Assembly: GCA_963664405.1 (NCBI GenBank)
Contig: OY761158.1
Location: 2,912,001 to 2,976,000, forward strand
DNA: 64,000 nt
Source of the DNA: Thermoanaerobaculia bacterium
Lineage (GTDB): Bacteria > Acidobacteriota > Thermoanaerobaculia > Multivoradales > Multivoraceae
Reading direction: 5' to 3'
Under the pieces are notes generated by a model. It did no database searches, had not been told where the DNA came from, and saw nothing but the letters and a program-made list of their open reading frames with translations. Shown piece by piece: positions 9,251-18,610 of the stretch. How positions within the stretch are numbered: the stretch's first letter is position 1; the number at the start of each line of letters is the position of its first letter. The translations under genes and the position numbers were made by a program.

Positions 9251-9292
9251 GGTGTGTGAAAATAGTCAATTAATTGACAATTTGCACATCCC
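9251..9292. repeat. AT-rich 42-bp imperfect palindrome
   Basis: Perfect core GTCAATTAATTGAC (9265-9278) extending to GGTGTGTGAAAAT...ATTTGCACATCCC with 4 mismatched pairs. Confidence 0.7.
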
Positions 9293-9309
9293 GAAACTTG
9301 TGTGAGTGC

Positions 9310-10119
9310 TCAGACGTTACGGTGAAGTACCGCCGGCGGCCCAATGCCGCCCTCTCGAAAGGCGATCAGCGCGCGCTCGGTAATGTCTCCGCCGAAAGCC
9401 TTCTCGAGCCGCGCGTCCTGAACGTAGGCCTTGGCCCGCAGGCGGATGGCGAAGTAGCTGTCTTCGATCTCTTCGCTGATGACCACCGCCCAGGGGCGAT
9501 TCAGGTTGACGAAGCGACTGGTCGTGGTCACCTCGCTGAGTAGGCGGCGGGCTTCGGCGATGTCCTGGTCGACGCCGATGAAAAGGTCGACCTGAATCAT
9601 CATGTCGATCGCGCCGGCATTGGCGGAGGCCACCGATTCGGTGAGGAACTTGCCGTTGGGAATGGTGATCTGGGTGTCGTCGAGAGTCATCATGCGAACC
9701 GAGCGCAAACCCAGATGGGTAATCTCGCCGTAGTAGCCCTCGAAGCTCACTCGGTCTCCCACCTGGAAGGGGCGATCGAAGAGGATCATCACTCCGGCCA
9801 ATAGAGATGCGGCAAGATCCTTGGAGGCGAAACCGATGGCGACGGCCATGGTGCCGCCGACGGCGAAGAGCACCTGCTCGTTGATCTCGAAGAGAGTAAG
9901 AATCGCGGTCGCGATGCCGCCAACGAGAATCCCGAAACGTAAGAAGGAGGCGGTCTGCTGGATCAGCAGCCGACGATCGGGAAAGCGTTCGCCAAGGCTC
10001 AGCGCCCGCCTCGCCAGCCAGCGTGTCACCAGCATGGTGACGACAACGATCAACACCGAGTACGGGGCGCCCTCGGGCTTGATGAACTGAAGCAGCTGCG
10101 TTGTTTCTTCCGGCATCAC
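9310..10119 (-). CDS. Small-conductance mechanosensitive channel (MscS family)
   Basis: Three TM segments; AIGFASKDLAASLLAG, DRPFQVGDRV, GLRS, ITIPN. Confidence 0.92.
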   Translation of the reverse strand: MMPEETTQLLQFIKPEGAPYSVLIVVVTMLVTRWLARRALSLGERFPDRRLLIQQTASFLRFGILVGGIATAILTLFEINEQVLFAVGGTMAVAIGFASKDLAASLLAGVMILFDRPFQVGDRVSFEGYYGEITHLGLRSVRMMTLDDTQITIPNGKFLTESVASANAGAIDMMIQVDLFIGVDQDIAEARRLLSEVTTTSRFVNLNRPWAVVISEEIEDSYFAIRLRAKAYVQDARLEKAFGGDITERALIAFREGGIGPPAVLHRNV

Positions 10120-10125
10120 AGCACC

Positions 10126-12699
10126 TCAAGCGATGAGGACGTTGCGGCGGCGAAGCAACCTGAGGATGGTTGTGTACCAGTGAGTGCTGAGGAAAAAGAG
10201 CTGATCCTCGAGCCCGAGCACACCGGTATCCAGCAGACGAGTGAGCCGCGACTCTACGAGCCCTCTGGGGTAGGCCGTGACCGTCGCCGCGTCTCCCAAG
10301 CTGAGAGTCCCGTGCCGGGCTACCGCCGCTAGTAGATACAGGGCCTCGTCGCCGCTGTCCTCCAACTCGGTCTCGGAGGGCGAGAGAAAAGGGCGTACGC
10401 GCAGAACTCGCTCTTCGACCTGTTCCAGGGAGCGTAGAAAGTAGTGGAGAGCGACACTCGGGTTGCCCGCACAGAAATCCCAGAGTAGGTCCATATAGGC
10501 CTTGCGCCCCTCTCGGCTGCGCGCGTCGGCGTCTTCTGCGCTCAGTCCCTCTCCCATCAACGAGGCGAAGCTGACCTCGAAGCCGGCCGCTTCGATGCGG
10601 CGATCGAGGAGGGCAGCCATCTGGTCCTGGGTCCATGGGTCGAGGATGACGACCTTGCGTACGAAGGCAAGGTCCTTGCGCGCTGCCCAGAGGTGGTTCC
10701 AGGCTAGTTTTTCCATCGAGAAGAGCCAGAAGACCTCGTCGCGGGTCTCGTCGACGACAGTAGAGAGCTCGGCCAGAGAGTGGTAGCCGTTGACGGTGGC
10801 GAGAAAGAGGTTCTCAGCCGCCTCGAGGACGACGATTTTGCGCTCGCCGGCGCGCAGGCCTTCGATCAGCGAGTCGATCTCGCCGTTCGCTTGCGGATCG
10901 GAGAGCAGCTGCTCGGAGAGCCAGGGCACAAGCTGTCCGCTTTCGGCGAGCCGTTGGTTGAGGCGGATGCGTGTCTCCGAGGGCTCCGCCGCGCAGAAAA
11001 GGTCGACCCAGGCGCCCTTGCCGATGCCGTCGTCTCCCGCCAGCAGGATGCTTCGGCCGCGGCCGCCTTCGCGCCAGCTCTCCAGCGTCTCCTGTGTCTC
11101 CTCGAGGTTCGCGACATGGCCGAGGCTGAGAAGGTCCTCTGCTTTCACCTTCTCATCGAGCGCCTCGCAAAGCTCGGCTGGGAGCTCTGAAACTTTGGCA
11201 CCGGCGTGCCCTCGACGCTCGATCTCCCGCTCGATGCGTCGTCGCAGGACGTAGCCGGTGACCTGACGAGTCCGAGAGAAGCCCGAGGCGACATCGCGCA
11301 GTATAGTAAGCGCAGCGTGGTAGAGGAGCCACCCGAAATAAACCGGCGCGAGAAATTTTCCGACGCGATTGCCCCGACCCTTGCGAGCGAGCGAAGCCAT
11401 GGTTCCCGATGCGTCGATAGCCAAACATGCGTCGGCAAGCTCGTCGCGCCAGCTGATGAGAACTGCCAGTAGGACCCCGAAGAGAAGTGCGAGGGCCATC
11501 GATTGCAACCAGGTGAAGAGAACGCCCCAGCCAAGGCGGAAACGATAGACCTGGAGCACCGCGGTCAGCAGCATGCCGACCAGTAGCACTCTCCGCACCC
11601 CAAGCTCCAATCGTTCTTGCATCGCGGGGGAGAAGTCGAGGTGGGCGCGCTCGCCCATCGCCGTGATGACGCGCACGACAACGTCGCGGGCGAGCCGGTA
11701 GAAGCCGTAGGCTGCCGCTAGGATGAGAAGAGGTACAACCAGCGGAGTACCCGTCACCGAGGGTCCGAGAGCCCACCGGATCGCGGCGACCGAAAGCAGG
11801 AAGAGGCCCCACGGAGCCAGTGTCTCGAGTGTCGATGCGAGGCCCTGGAAGAGATGAGCGCGACGGGAGCTCGCAACGCGCTCCAGCCAGCCCCTAATGC
11901 CCTCGATGCCGCTTTGGCGGTAGCGCTGGAGTAGCCTCCAGGCGAGAAAAACCAACACCAGGCGCAGGAAGACGCCGCCGAAGGCCGCCGCTGCATACAC
12001 GTTTCGCAATCCGCGAGCGACTGTGCGAAGACCCTCTCGCGTACGCCGGAGCTGAATTCTGGTGATCAGCCCAACGACCTCGACCTCGAGGCGTATCGCC
12101 GCAGTGGACTCCGGTGAGAAGAGGAGGAGCTGCCGCTGACGGTTGTGCGGGAGGAGGAAGAGCGTCGATTCGCGGAGCTCCCACAACATTCCGGCGATGT
12201 CGACCTCGCGCTCGATCGAATCTCTTCGGAGGTCCCTCTCGAGTTGGCGGAGGCTCTCTCGCGCTTCCGCTTCTTCCTGCCGGCGAGCCTGCCGCCGCTC
12301 TTGATCTGCCCCCTCGGCCTCGTCCTCCGAAGAGAGGAGCCGCCGGCTCTCCGTTCGACGGGCCTTCGGAACCTCGGAGCGGGCCGCGGCTCGGTCGAGG
12401 GCTTCGTCCAACTTATCGATCGCGCCGCGTACAAGCGTCACGCAACGCTCGTAGACAGCGCTGATCTCTTCGCTGCGTGCTTCGGCGGCATCGAACTGTT
12501 CCTCGAGGGCCTCGACTTCCTGGATCCGGCTTTCGCTCGCTCGCTCCTCCCGTTCTTCGCGAGCTCTCCAATCGGTTTCGAGACTCGCCATCGTCTCGAG
12601 CGTCGAGCTCGTCGTCGGCTCGCTCTGGGCGGCTGCGGGGCTCGCGCTCGTTAGCGCGGTAACGGCGAGAGCAAGGGTTGGTGCAGAGAGGTATCGCAT
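10126..12699 (-). CDS. Membrane protein with signal peptide, coiled coil, multi-TM region and C-terminal P-loop ATPase-like/winged-helix region
   Basis: Start ATG 12699 (MRYLSAPTLALAV); Walker-A-like GDDGIGKG, Walker-B-like IVVLEAAE, GNPSVALHYF; ends 6 nt upstream of mscS. Confidence 0.7.
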   Translation of the reverse strand: MRYLSAPTLALAVTALTSASPAAAQSEPTTSSTLETMASLETDWRAREEREERASESRIQEVEALEEQFDAAEARSEEISAVYERCVTLVRGAIDKLDEALDRAAARSEVPKARRTESRRLLSSEDEAEGADQERRQARRQEEAEARESLRQLERDLRRDSIEREVDIAGMLWELRESTLFLLPHNRQRQLLLFSPESTAAIRLEVEVVGLITRIQLRRTREGLRTVARGLRNVYAAAAFGGVFLRLVLVFLAWRLLQRYRQSGIEGIRGWLERVASSRRAHLFQGLASTLETLAPWGLFLLSVAAIRWALGPSVTGTPLVVPLLILAAAYGFYRLARDVVVRVITAMGERAHLDFSPAMQERLELGVRRVLLVGMLLTAVLQVYRFRLGWGVLFTWLQSMALALLFGVLLAVLISWRDELADACLAIDASGTMASLARKGRGNRVGKFLAPVYFGWLLYHAALTILRDVASGFSRTRQVTGYVLRRRIEREIERRGHAGAKVSELPAELCEALDEKVKAEDLLSLGHVANLEETQETLESWREGGRGRSILLAGDDGIGKGAWVDLFCAAEPSETRIRLNQRLAESGQLVPWLSEQLLSDPQANGEIDSLIEGLRAGERKIVVLEAAENLFLATVNGYHSLAELSTVVDETRDEVFWLFSMEKLAWNHLWAARKDLAFVRKVVILDPWTQDQMAALLDRRIEAAGFEVSFASLMGEGLSAEDADARSREGRKAYMDLLWDFCAGNPSVALHYFLRSLEQVEERVLRVRPFLSPSETELEDSGDEALYLLAAVARHGTLSLGDAATVTAYPRGLVESRLTRLLDTGVLGLEDQLFFLSTHWYTTILRLLRRRNVLIA

Positions 12700-12804
12700 C
12701 AGAAGGAGGCGGACCAAGCAGGCTGGGAGACAGCCTTCCGTGTCGTGTCGCTGTACACTGTCTTTGTTCCGAGATGTGATTCTAACCTCGACCGAGACTA
12801 GAGA

Positions 12805-15254
12805 GTGCTTCGTCATCGACTTCGCCGCTCGCAGTGCGGTTCCGCGCCGCTTCTCGCAGTGCTCTGGCTGGCCTTGGCCGCCGGTCCGCTCTTGGCGCAA
12901 GCCCCGGCGGAAGAGTCTCCCGAGCCGGTAGCGGCGAGCGAAACAGCCGGTATCGGCCTCGAGGGGATCGCCACCGAAGCGGAAGAGACTCTCGCGGAGC
13001 TGGCGGAGTTGCAGTCCGATGCGGATACCACTGACGAAGTCGCGTCGATTCAGGAGACTCTGGACGAGTTCGATCGTGAGATCTCAGAAGATCTGGTTCG
13101 GAGCAGCGCGGTACCGCTGGCGGGCCTTTCCCGCGCCGAGCTCGCCGACCTGCGCGATCGATGGGACCAGGCTGGGGATATCCATCGCGAGACGCAAGAC
13201 GATCTCACCGATCTCGCCGCCGCGCTCACCGAGGCGAAGGAGCGTCTCGTCGAGCTCGAGGGCCTATGGAGCGAGACAGGAGCCTCGGAGGAAGTGCTGC
13301 TGGGCCCTCCCGGTCCGCGACAGAGGGTCGCCGACGTGCTCTCCGACATCGGATCTCTCGACTCCGAGATCGCCGAGCACCTGGAGCCGATCCTCATCCT
13401 GCAAGACCTGGTCAGTCAGAGGCTGCTGACCGTAAGGGGTACCTGGATCGCATCGGTACCATGCAGGTCCAGTCGTTCAGGACGCTGTTTACGCTCAGTG
13501 GCCCGCCTCTCTGGCAGGTGACCCGGACGGGGGCTCCCGCTCTGGAGCAGGTCGCCAGATCCTGGCAGCGAAGTAGCGATCGAGTCGGGGGCTGGTACAG
13601 GACCTACAGCAACCGGGTGGCCCTGCAAGGGCTCATTCTCCTGGCGCTCACTGTCTTGTTCTTCAGGACCCATCGCAGCCTGAGCGGGGGTACCGAGGCA
13701 GCCGATGAGGTCGGCACTTTCCTGTTTTCTCGTCCGGCCTCGACTGCACTCTTGATTGCTTTGATCCTCGGCATTTGGATCTACCCTGAGCGCCCGCAGG
13801 CGGTCCTCGCCGTCATCATCATTGTCGCCCTCGCTCCCCTGCTCCAATTGCTCTCCGGTTTGTTGCAGGGGCGCATGCTCACTGCCGTCCGTCTTCTCTT
13901 CGGACTCGTGCTGTTGCAGCAAATCGCCTCGCTGATCGGAAACGAGTTTCTGGTCGGTAGGTACATGTTGTTGCTGGAGTCGGTTGGAGGCCTGACGGTC
14001 GTGATCTGGTTTCGGCGCGGGTACCGTAATCTCGCCGGTGAAGCCGAGGGCGCGGGCGCCTGGCACGCGCTGTCGCGTCTGCTTCCAATCGCCGCGCTGA
14101 GCTTCGCTGTCGCTGTAGTCGCGAATCTCGTCGGCGCCGTTCGCCTTGCGGCATTCCTGAGCAACGGGGTCCTGCTCAGCCTTTGGACCGCCTCCGCCTA
14201 CTTTCTTGCGGGGACGGCAGTCGCCGCGCTGCTTCGCTTCCTCGCGCGGGGTGGCCTGGGAAGCTTCTTCAGGAGCGTGGCAAGGCGAAGACGGGCGATC
14301 GAGGACGGGGCGGGAAGGTTGGCCCATTTCGCTGCGATGGTGCTGTGGCTCCGCTCGCTGCTGGCGGCTTTCGACTTCTACGACCCCGCCGTCGGGTGGG
14401 CTGTGCAGATCTTCACGGCGCCCGTGAGCGTGGGAGAGCTCGAGATCTCGGCGAGCCGGGTCGGCTCGCTGGTCGGGATCTTTATCTTGTCCCTGGTTCT
14501 CGCCCGGGTAGTAGGTGTGGTTCTCGACGAGGAGATTTTTTCCCGCCTGCGCCTGCCGCGTGGAATCCCAGGTGCGGTCTCGATGATGAGCCGCTACTTC
14601 ATCGTCGGGCTCGGCTTCGTCGCCGGCCTGTCGGCGGCGGGTATCGACCTCAGCAACTTCGGCCTCGCTGCCGGTGCGCTCGGCGTGGGGATCGGATTTG
14701 GCCTGCAAGGCGTCATCGCGAATTTTGTCTCTGGCCTGATCCTGGCCGTCGAGCGCCCGATTCAGGCGGGCGACACGATTGAAGTAGGGCCTTTGCTGGG
14801 GAGGGTGACCGACATCGGGGTCAGGGCGAGTAAGGTGCGAACCTTCGAGGGTGCCGAGGTCATCGTCCCCAACAGCAATCTGCTCTCGAACGACTTGATC
14901 AATTGGACCCTCTCTGACGAGCGCCGGCGGCTGGAGCTACCCGTCCGGGTCGCATACGGCACCGATCCTCATCGAGTCATCCGGATCTTAGAGGGTGTAG
15001 CCGCGCAGCACCCCGAGATCCTCGACGATCCGCCACCGCGAGCTCTCTTTGACGGCTTCGGCGACAACAGCCTCGATTTTCGGCTGCACGGTTGGGTGCC
15101 CTTCGGAAAGGGCGTGGTCACGAGTAGTGAGGTCGCTCTCGGAATGCACGACGCGCTGAAGAAGGCGGGGATCGAGATCCCGGTTCCTCGTCGCGACGTA
15201 GAGCTGCGATCACCGCAAGCCGGTGAAGCGCTGGCTCCCGAGCAACGGGACTAA
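12805..15254 (+). CDS. Large MscS-family (MscK-like) channel with a single frameshift at G4 13436-13439
   Basis: Signal peptide and helical periplasmic part in frame 12805; TM region and GIGFGLQGVIANFVSGLIL/ERPIQAGD/IVPNS in frame 13161; one extra G joins them. Confidence 0.85.
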
Positions 15255-16744
15255 CCCTCCCGTTCCTCTTGGCCGACGGTGAGGCTGTAGGCGATGTAGT
15301 ACTTGAAGATGTTGCTGACGTACTGCACCGTTTCGCGTCCGATCTCTTTGGCCGCCACGATCTCGACGTTGCGGAACCAGAGATCCGGGTCGTAGCCCTC
15401 TTCCTCCGCCTTCTTGCGAAGCGAGCGAACGCGGGAAGGGCCGGCGTTGTAGCTGGCGAAGGCGAAGAGATGGCGGTTGAGGTCGTCCATCTCGCCCTCG
15501 GGAAAGTAGCGGTCCAAGATGAAACGCAGGTACTTGACACCCGCGTGGATGTTGTTCTCGAGGATCTCGATCTCTGGGATGCCCACGTTGGGGTCGGCTG
15601 CCGTGCTGCGTAGGAGCTGCATGACTCCGACGGCGCCGGCGGAACTGACCGCGCTCTGGTCGAGCCCCGACTCCTGATAGCCCTGAGCGGCGACCAACAG
15701 CCAATCGAACTCGTACTCTCCCGAGTACTGCTGAAAGAGGCCGACCATGCCCCGCAGCCGCTCCAGGTCTTCAGGAGCGCCCGCGTTCTTGGCCCACTTG
15801 GTGCTCTGGAAGTAGCGCTTGAAGAGGATATTTCCCATCAGGGTCCCCTTCTTGTTGTCATCGATGAATTCGTTGACGGCGGCGGCGAGCTGCGGGCTGT
15901 CTTTGCGAAACATCAAGCCGATCTCCCCGCCGGAGCGCAGGACCAGATCGGAGTGAACTTCGAGCCCGTCGAGCACCTCGGTCCAGAGGTCGGTGAGGTA
16001 GTCGTCGGCGACTGTAACGCCGAGAAGGCCCGAGGCCACCATCTCGAGCAGGTCCTCGGTCTCCAACTGCTCCTCGGCTTGGCGAATCACCACCGGATCG
16101 AGACCGCGCTCGCGGAGAGACTCATTGAGGCGCTGGAGACTGTCGAAGTAGCTGCTCGAGGCCCGAACCCAGACTTCCTGACCGGCGAGGTCGTCGAGAC
16201 TCGCGATGGCCGGCGCCTTGGGGCCGGTGACGATGACCTCGTCGACGCCCTTGTAGGACGGAGTCGAGAAGTCGACGAGCTCCTGACGCTCGGGAGTGAT
16301 GGTCAGGTTGGCTGAGGCGACGTCCCCGAGGCCCTCCCGCAAAGCCGGGATCAATCGATCGCGGCGAGTGGGGATGAAGACGATGTGTACCTTGAGGTAT
16401 CGGGTGCCAAGGTCTTTGTTGAGCTTCTCCTCGAACCTTGTCAGGCTTTCATAACTGATGCCCTTGGGTGTGGGGCCGTCAAAGAAGAAGTTGGTGTTGT
16501 TGTAGGTCACCAGCGCACGGATGACCCGGCGCTCGACCATGCCGTCCAGATCCCCGGTCCAAGCCTCATTCATTCCGGCCAGAGCCTCGGGGACTGCTCG
16601 CTCGCCGGCTTGCTCGCCGGCCTGAGCGCCGCCGACGGCCGCCATCGCGCTCTCTTCGCCGCCACCGCAGCCGAGCAGGGCCAGGATAAGGAAGGCTGGC
16701 CACAGACCTGCGCGTTTGAACTGACTCCCGGCGGGGCCCCTCAC
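15251..16744 (-). CDS. MltF-like lytic transglycosylase (SBP plus SLT domains), lipoprotein
   Basis: Lipobox LLGC; DVASANLTITPER SBP motif; QESG, GAVGVMQL, ASYNAG SLT motifs. Confidence 0.88.
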   Translation of the reverse strand: MRGPAGSQFKRAGLWPAFLILALLGCGGGEESAMAAVGGAQAGEQAGERAVPEALAGMNEAWTGDLDGMVERRVIRALVTYNNTNFFFDGPTPKGISYESLTRFEEKLNKDLGTRYLKVHIVFIPTRRDRLIPALREGLGDVASANLTITPERQELVDFSTPSYKGVDEVIVTGPKAPAIASLDDLAGQEVWVRASSSYFDSLQRLNESLRERGLDPVVIRQAEEQLETEDLLEMVASGLLGVTVADDYLTDLWTEVLDGLEVHSDLVLRSGGEIGLMFRKDSPQLAAAVNEFIDDNKKGTLMGNILFKRYFQSTKWAKNAGAPEDLERLRGMVGLFQQYSGEYEFDWLLVAAQGYQESGLDQSAVSSAGAVGVMQLLRSTAADPNVGIPEIEILENNIHAGVKYLRFILDRYFPEGEMDDLNRHLFAFASYNAGPSRVRSLRKKAEEEGYDPDLWFRNVEIVAAKEIGRETVQYVSNIFKYYIAYSLTVGQEEREG

Positions 16745-16793
16745 GCAGCTCAGCTTAGCAGGTCGAAGGCTTCTGGCTTACACTCAGGGTCCG

Positions 16794-17909
16794 ATGTCCA
16801 TCAAGATCCGTGTCGGCCTGCTCTTCGGTGGCAAGTCCCCTGAGCACGAGGTCTCGCTTCAGTCGGCGAGAAACATTCTCGAGGCCATCGACCAAGAAAA
16901 GTACGAGGTCGTTCTGATCGGCATCGACCGCGCAGGGCAGTGGTTGCTGAACGAGGGTGCCGCTCTGCTCTTGCCGGAGAGCACCGGTGAGAGCTTGATG
17001 CCGGAAGCCGGCAAGGGGGGCGCGCCAGTGACGCTGATCCCCGAAGGAAGAGGTCAGTTGCTGCGCTCCTCAGGTCCGCAGCCGAGTGGGGCGCTCGACG
17101 TCGTCTTTCCCGTTCTACACGGGCCGATGGGAGAGGACGGCACGGTTCAAGGGCTGCTCAAGCTCGCCGATGTGCCCTTCGTTGGAGCCGACGTCCTCGG
17201 CTCTGCGGTAGGCATGGACAAAGACGTGATGAAGCGACTGCTGAGAGATGCGGGCGTCCCCTCCCCCCGCTTCTTGGTGGCGGATCGGCGCCGTGCCGCG
17301 GACGTCGACTTCGAAGCCGTACGTGGTGAGCTCGGCGCTCCGGTTTTCGTCAAGCCGGCGAACATGGGCTCGTCGGTGGGGGTGAGCAAGGTATCGGACG
17401 AAGCGGACTTCGAAGCGGCGCTCGACGAGGCATTCCGCTACGACCACAAGGTGCTCATTGAAGAGAACGTCGAGGGGCGGGAGCTCGAGTGCGCGGTGCT
17501 AGGCAACGATTCCCCGATCGCCTCGGTGCCGGGAGAGATCCTTCCTCAGCAGGAGTTCTACTCCTATGAAGCCAAGTACGTGGACGAAGAGGGCGCGCTT
17601 CTGGAGATTCCGGCGATGCTCGACGAAGCGTCCGTGCGCGCGGTGCAGAAGATGGCGATTCGGGCTTTCCAGGTGCTCTGTTGTGAGGGCATGGCTCGGG
17701 TCGACTTCTTTCTGCTCGAGGACGGCCGACCGTTGGTCAACGAGATCAACACTATCCCTGGCTTCACCAAGATCAGTATGTACCCGATGTTGTGGGAGGC
17801 GAGCGGGATCCCATATTCTGAGCTCATCGACCGACTGATTCAGCTGGCAATCGAGCGTCACGGGCGTTCTCGAGAGCTTCAGACCTCGTACGGGCCGGCG
17901 GTGCCCTGA
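16794..17909 (+). CDS. ddl: D-alanine--D-alanine ligase
   Basis: FGGKSPEHEVS, LHGPMGEDG, GSSVGV, FYSYEAKY, NEINTIPGFT. Confidence 0.97.
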   Translation: MSIKIRVGLLFGGKSPEHEVSLQSARNILEAIDQEKYEVVLIGIDRAGQWLLNEGAALLLPESTGESLMPEAGKGGAPVTLIPEGRGQLLRSSGPQPSGALDVVFPVLHGPMGEDGTVQGLLKLADVPFVGADVLGSAVGMDKDVMKRLLRDAGVPSPRFLVADRRRAADVDFEAVRGELGAPVFVKPANMGSSVGVSKVSDEADFEAALDEAFRYDHKVLIEENVEGRELECAVLGNDSPIASVPGEILPQQEFYSYEAKYVDEEGALLEIPAMLDEASVRAVQKMAIRAFQVLCCEGMARVDFFLLEDGRPLVNEINTIPGFTKISMYPMLWEASGIPYSELIDRLIQLAIERHGRSRELQTSYGPAVP

Positions 17910-18610
17910 CGCGCTCCTGACGGTGTGAGAGCATAGTGCGCAATCTCGGCTGCGGATAAAGGGGTAGTTTGGTGAATGGGGTAGTGCACCTGGGGTGCCT
18001 GGGTCGGTTGTTTCGAGCGCGTCGGTGCGGCGCGTCAGGCGCGAGGCGCGATCTGTGAAGACTCCAGATCGCCGGTCCGCGGCTCGTACAGCACGTCGCA
18101 ACCAGGTGCGCTACTGGGTAGCCGGAGAGTCTCGCTCCCGCCTCGCTTTCAGCAGGGATCAGTCGTGGATGGGGGTTTTCATCCTCACTCCCGATCCTGC
18201 TTTGCCCGGCACCAGTATTGAGGTGGAGATTGGCGAGGGCGAATCAGCCAAGATCGCCGAGTGAGAGTGAGCACGATAATCGATGGCGGTCCGATCACGA
18301 TAAGTGATGGTCGCGTAGCCTTTTGAAGGACTTAGCCGAAGCTGCGTTTCGCTGCCACTTGCCTCAGACGGTCTTGTTCACAGTATTTGATGGCGATTCG
18401 AGGAAACCCGATCACGTTGTCTGGTGGGAATGGGTGTTCCGTTCAAGGTATCTGAGGGCGCAACCAGGGGCCCAAGCGCGATGGAAGCTCGGCGAACCGC
18501 CTCGATCGCCCATCAGATAGCGTGCCGTTCATCCCATCGCTGCGTATCAGCCCTCGTTCAGCGTGATCAGCGAAAGAACAAGTATGGACTGCGCGTCAGG
18601 CCCCGACGGC

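Noticed and set aside
1-9300. Integron cassette array (many TA modules)
   Set aside because: No attC-like RYYYAAC...GTTRRRY pairs seen after the genes, orientations are mixed, and no integrase is present
16794-17909. Vancomycin-resistance ligase (given a VanZ-like gene elsewhere)
   Set aside because: Omega loop YSYEAKY is D-Ala-D-Ala type; no vanH/vanX/vanRS present
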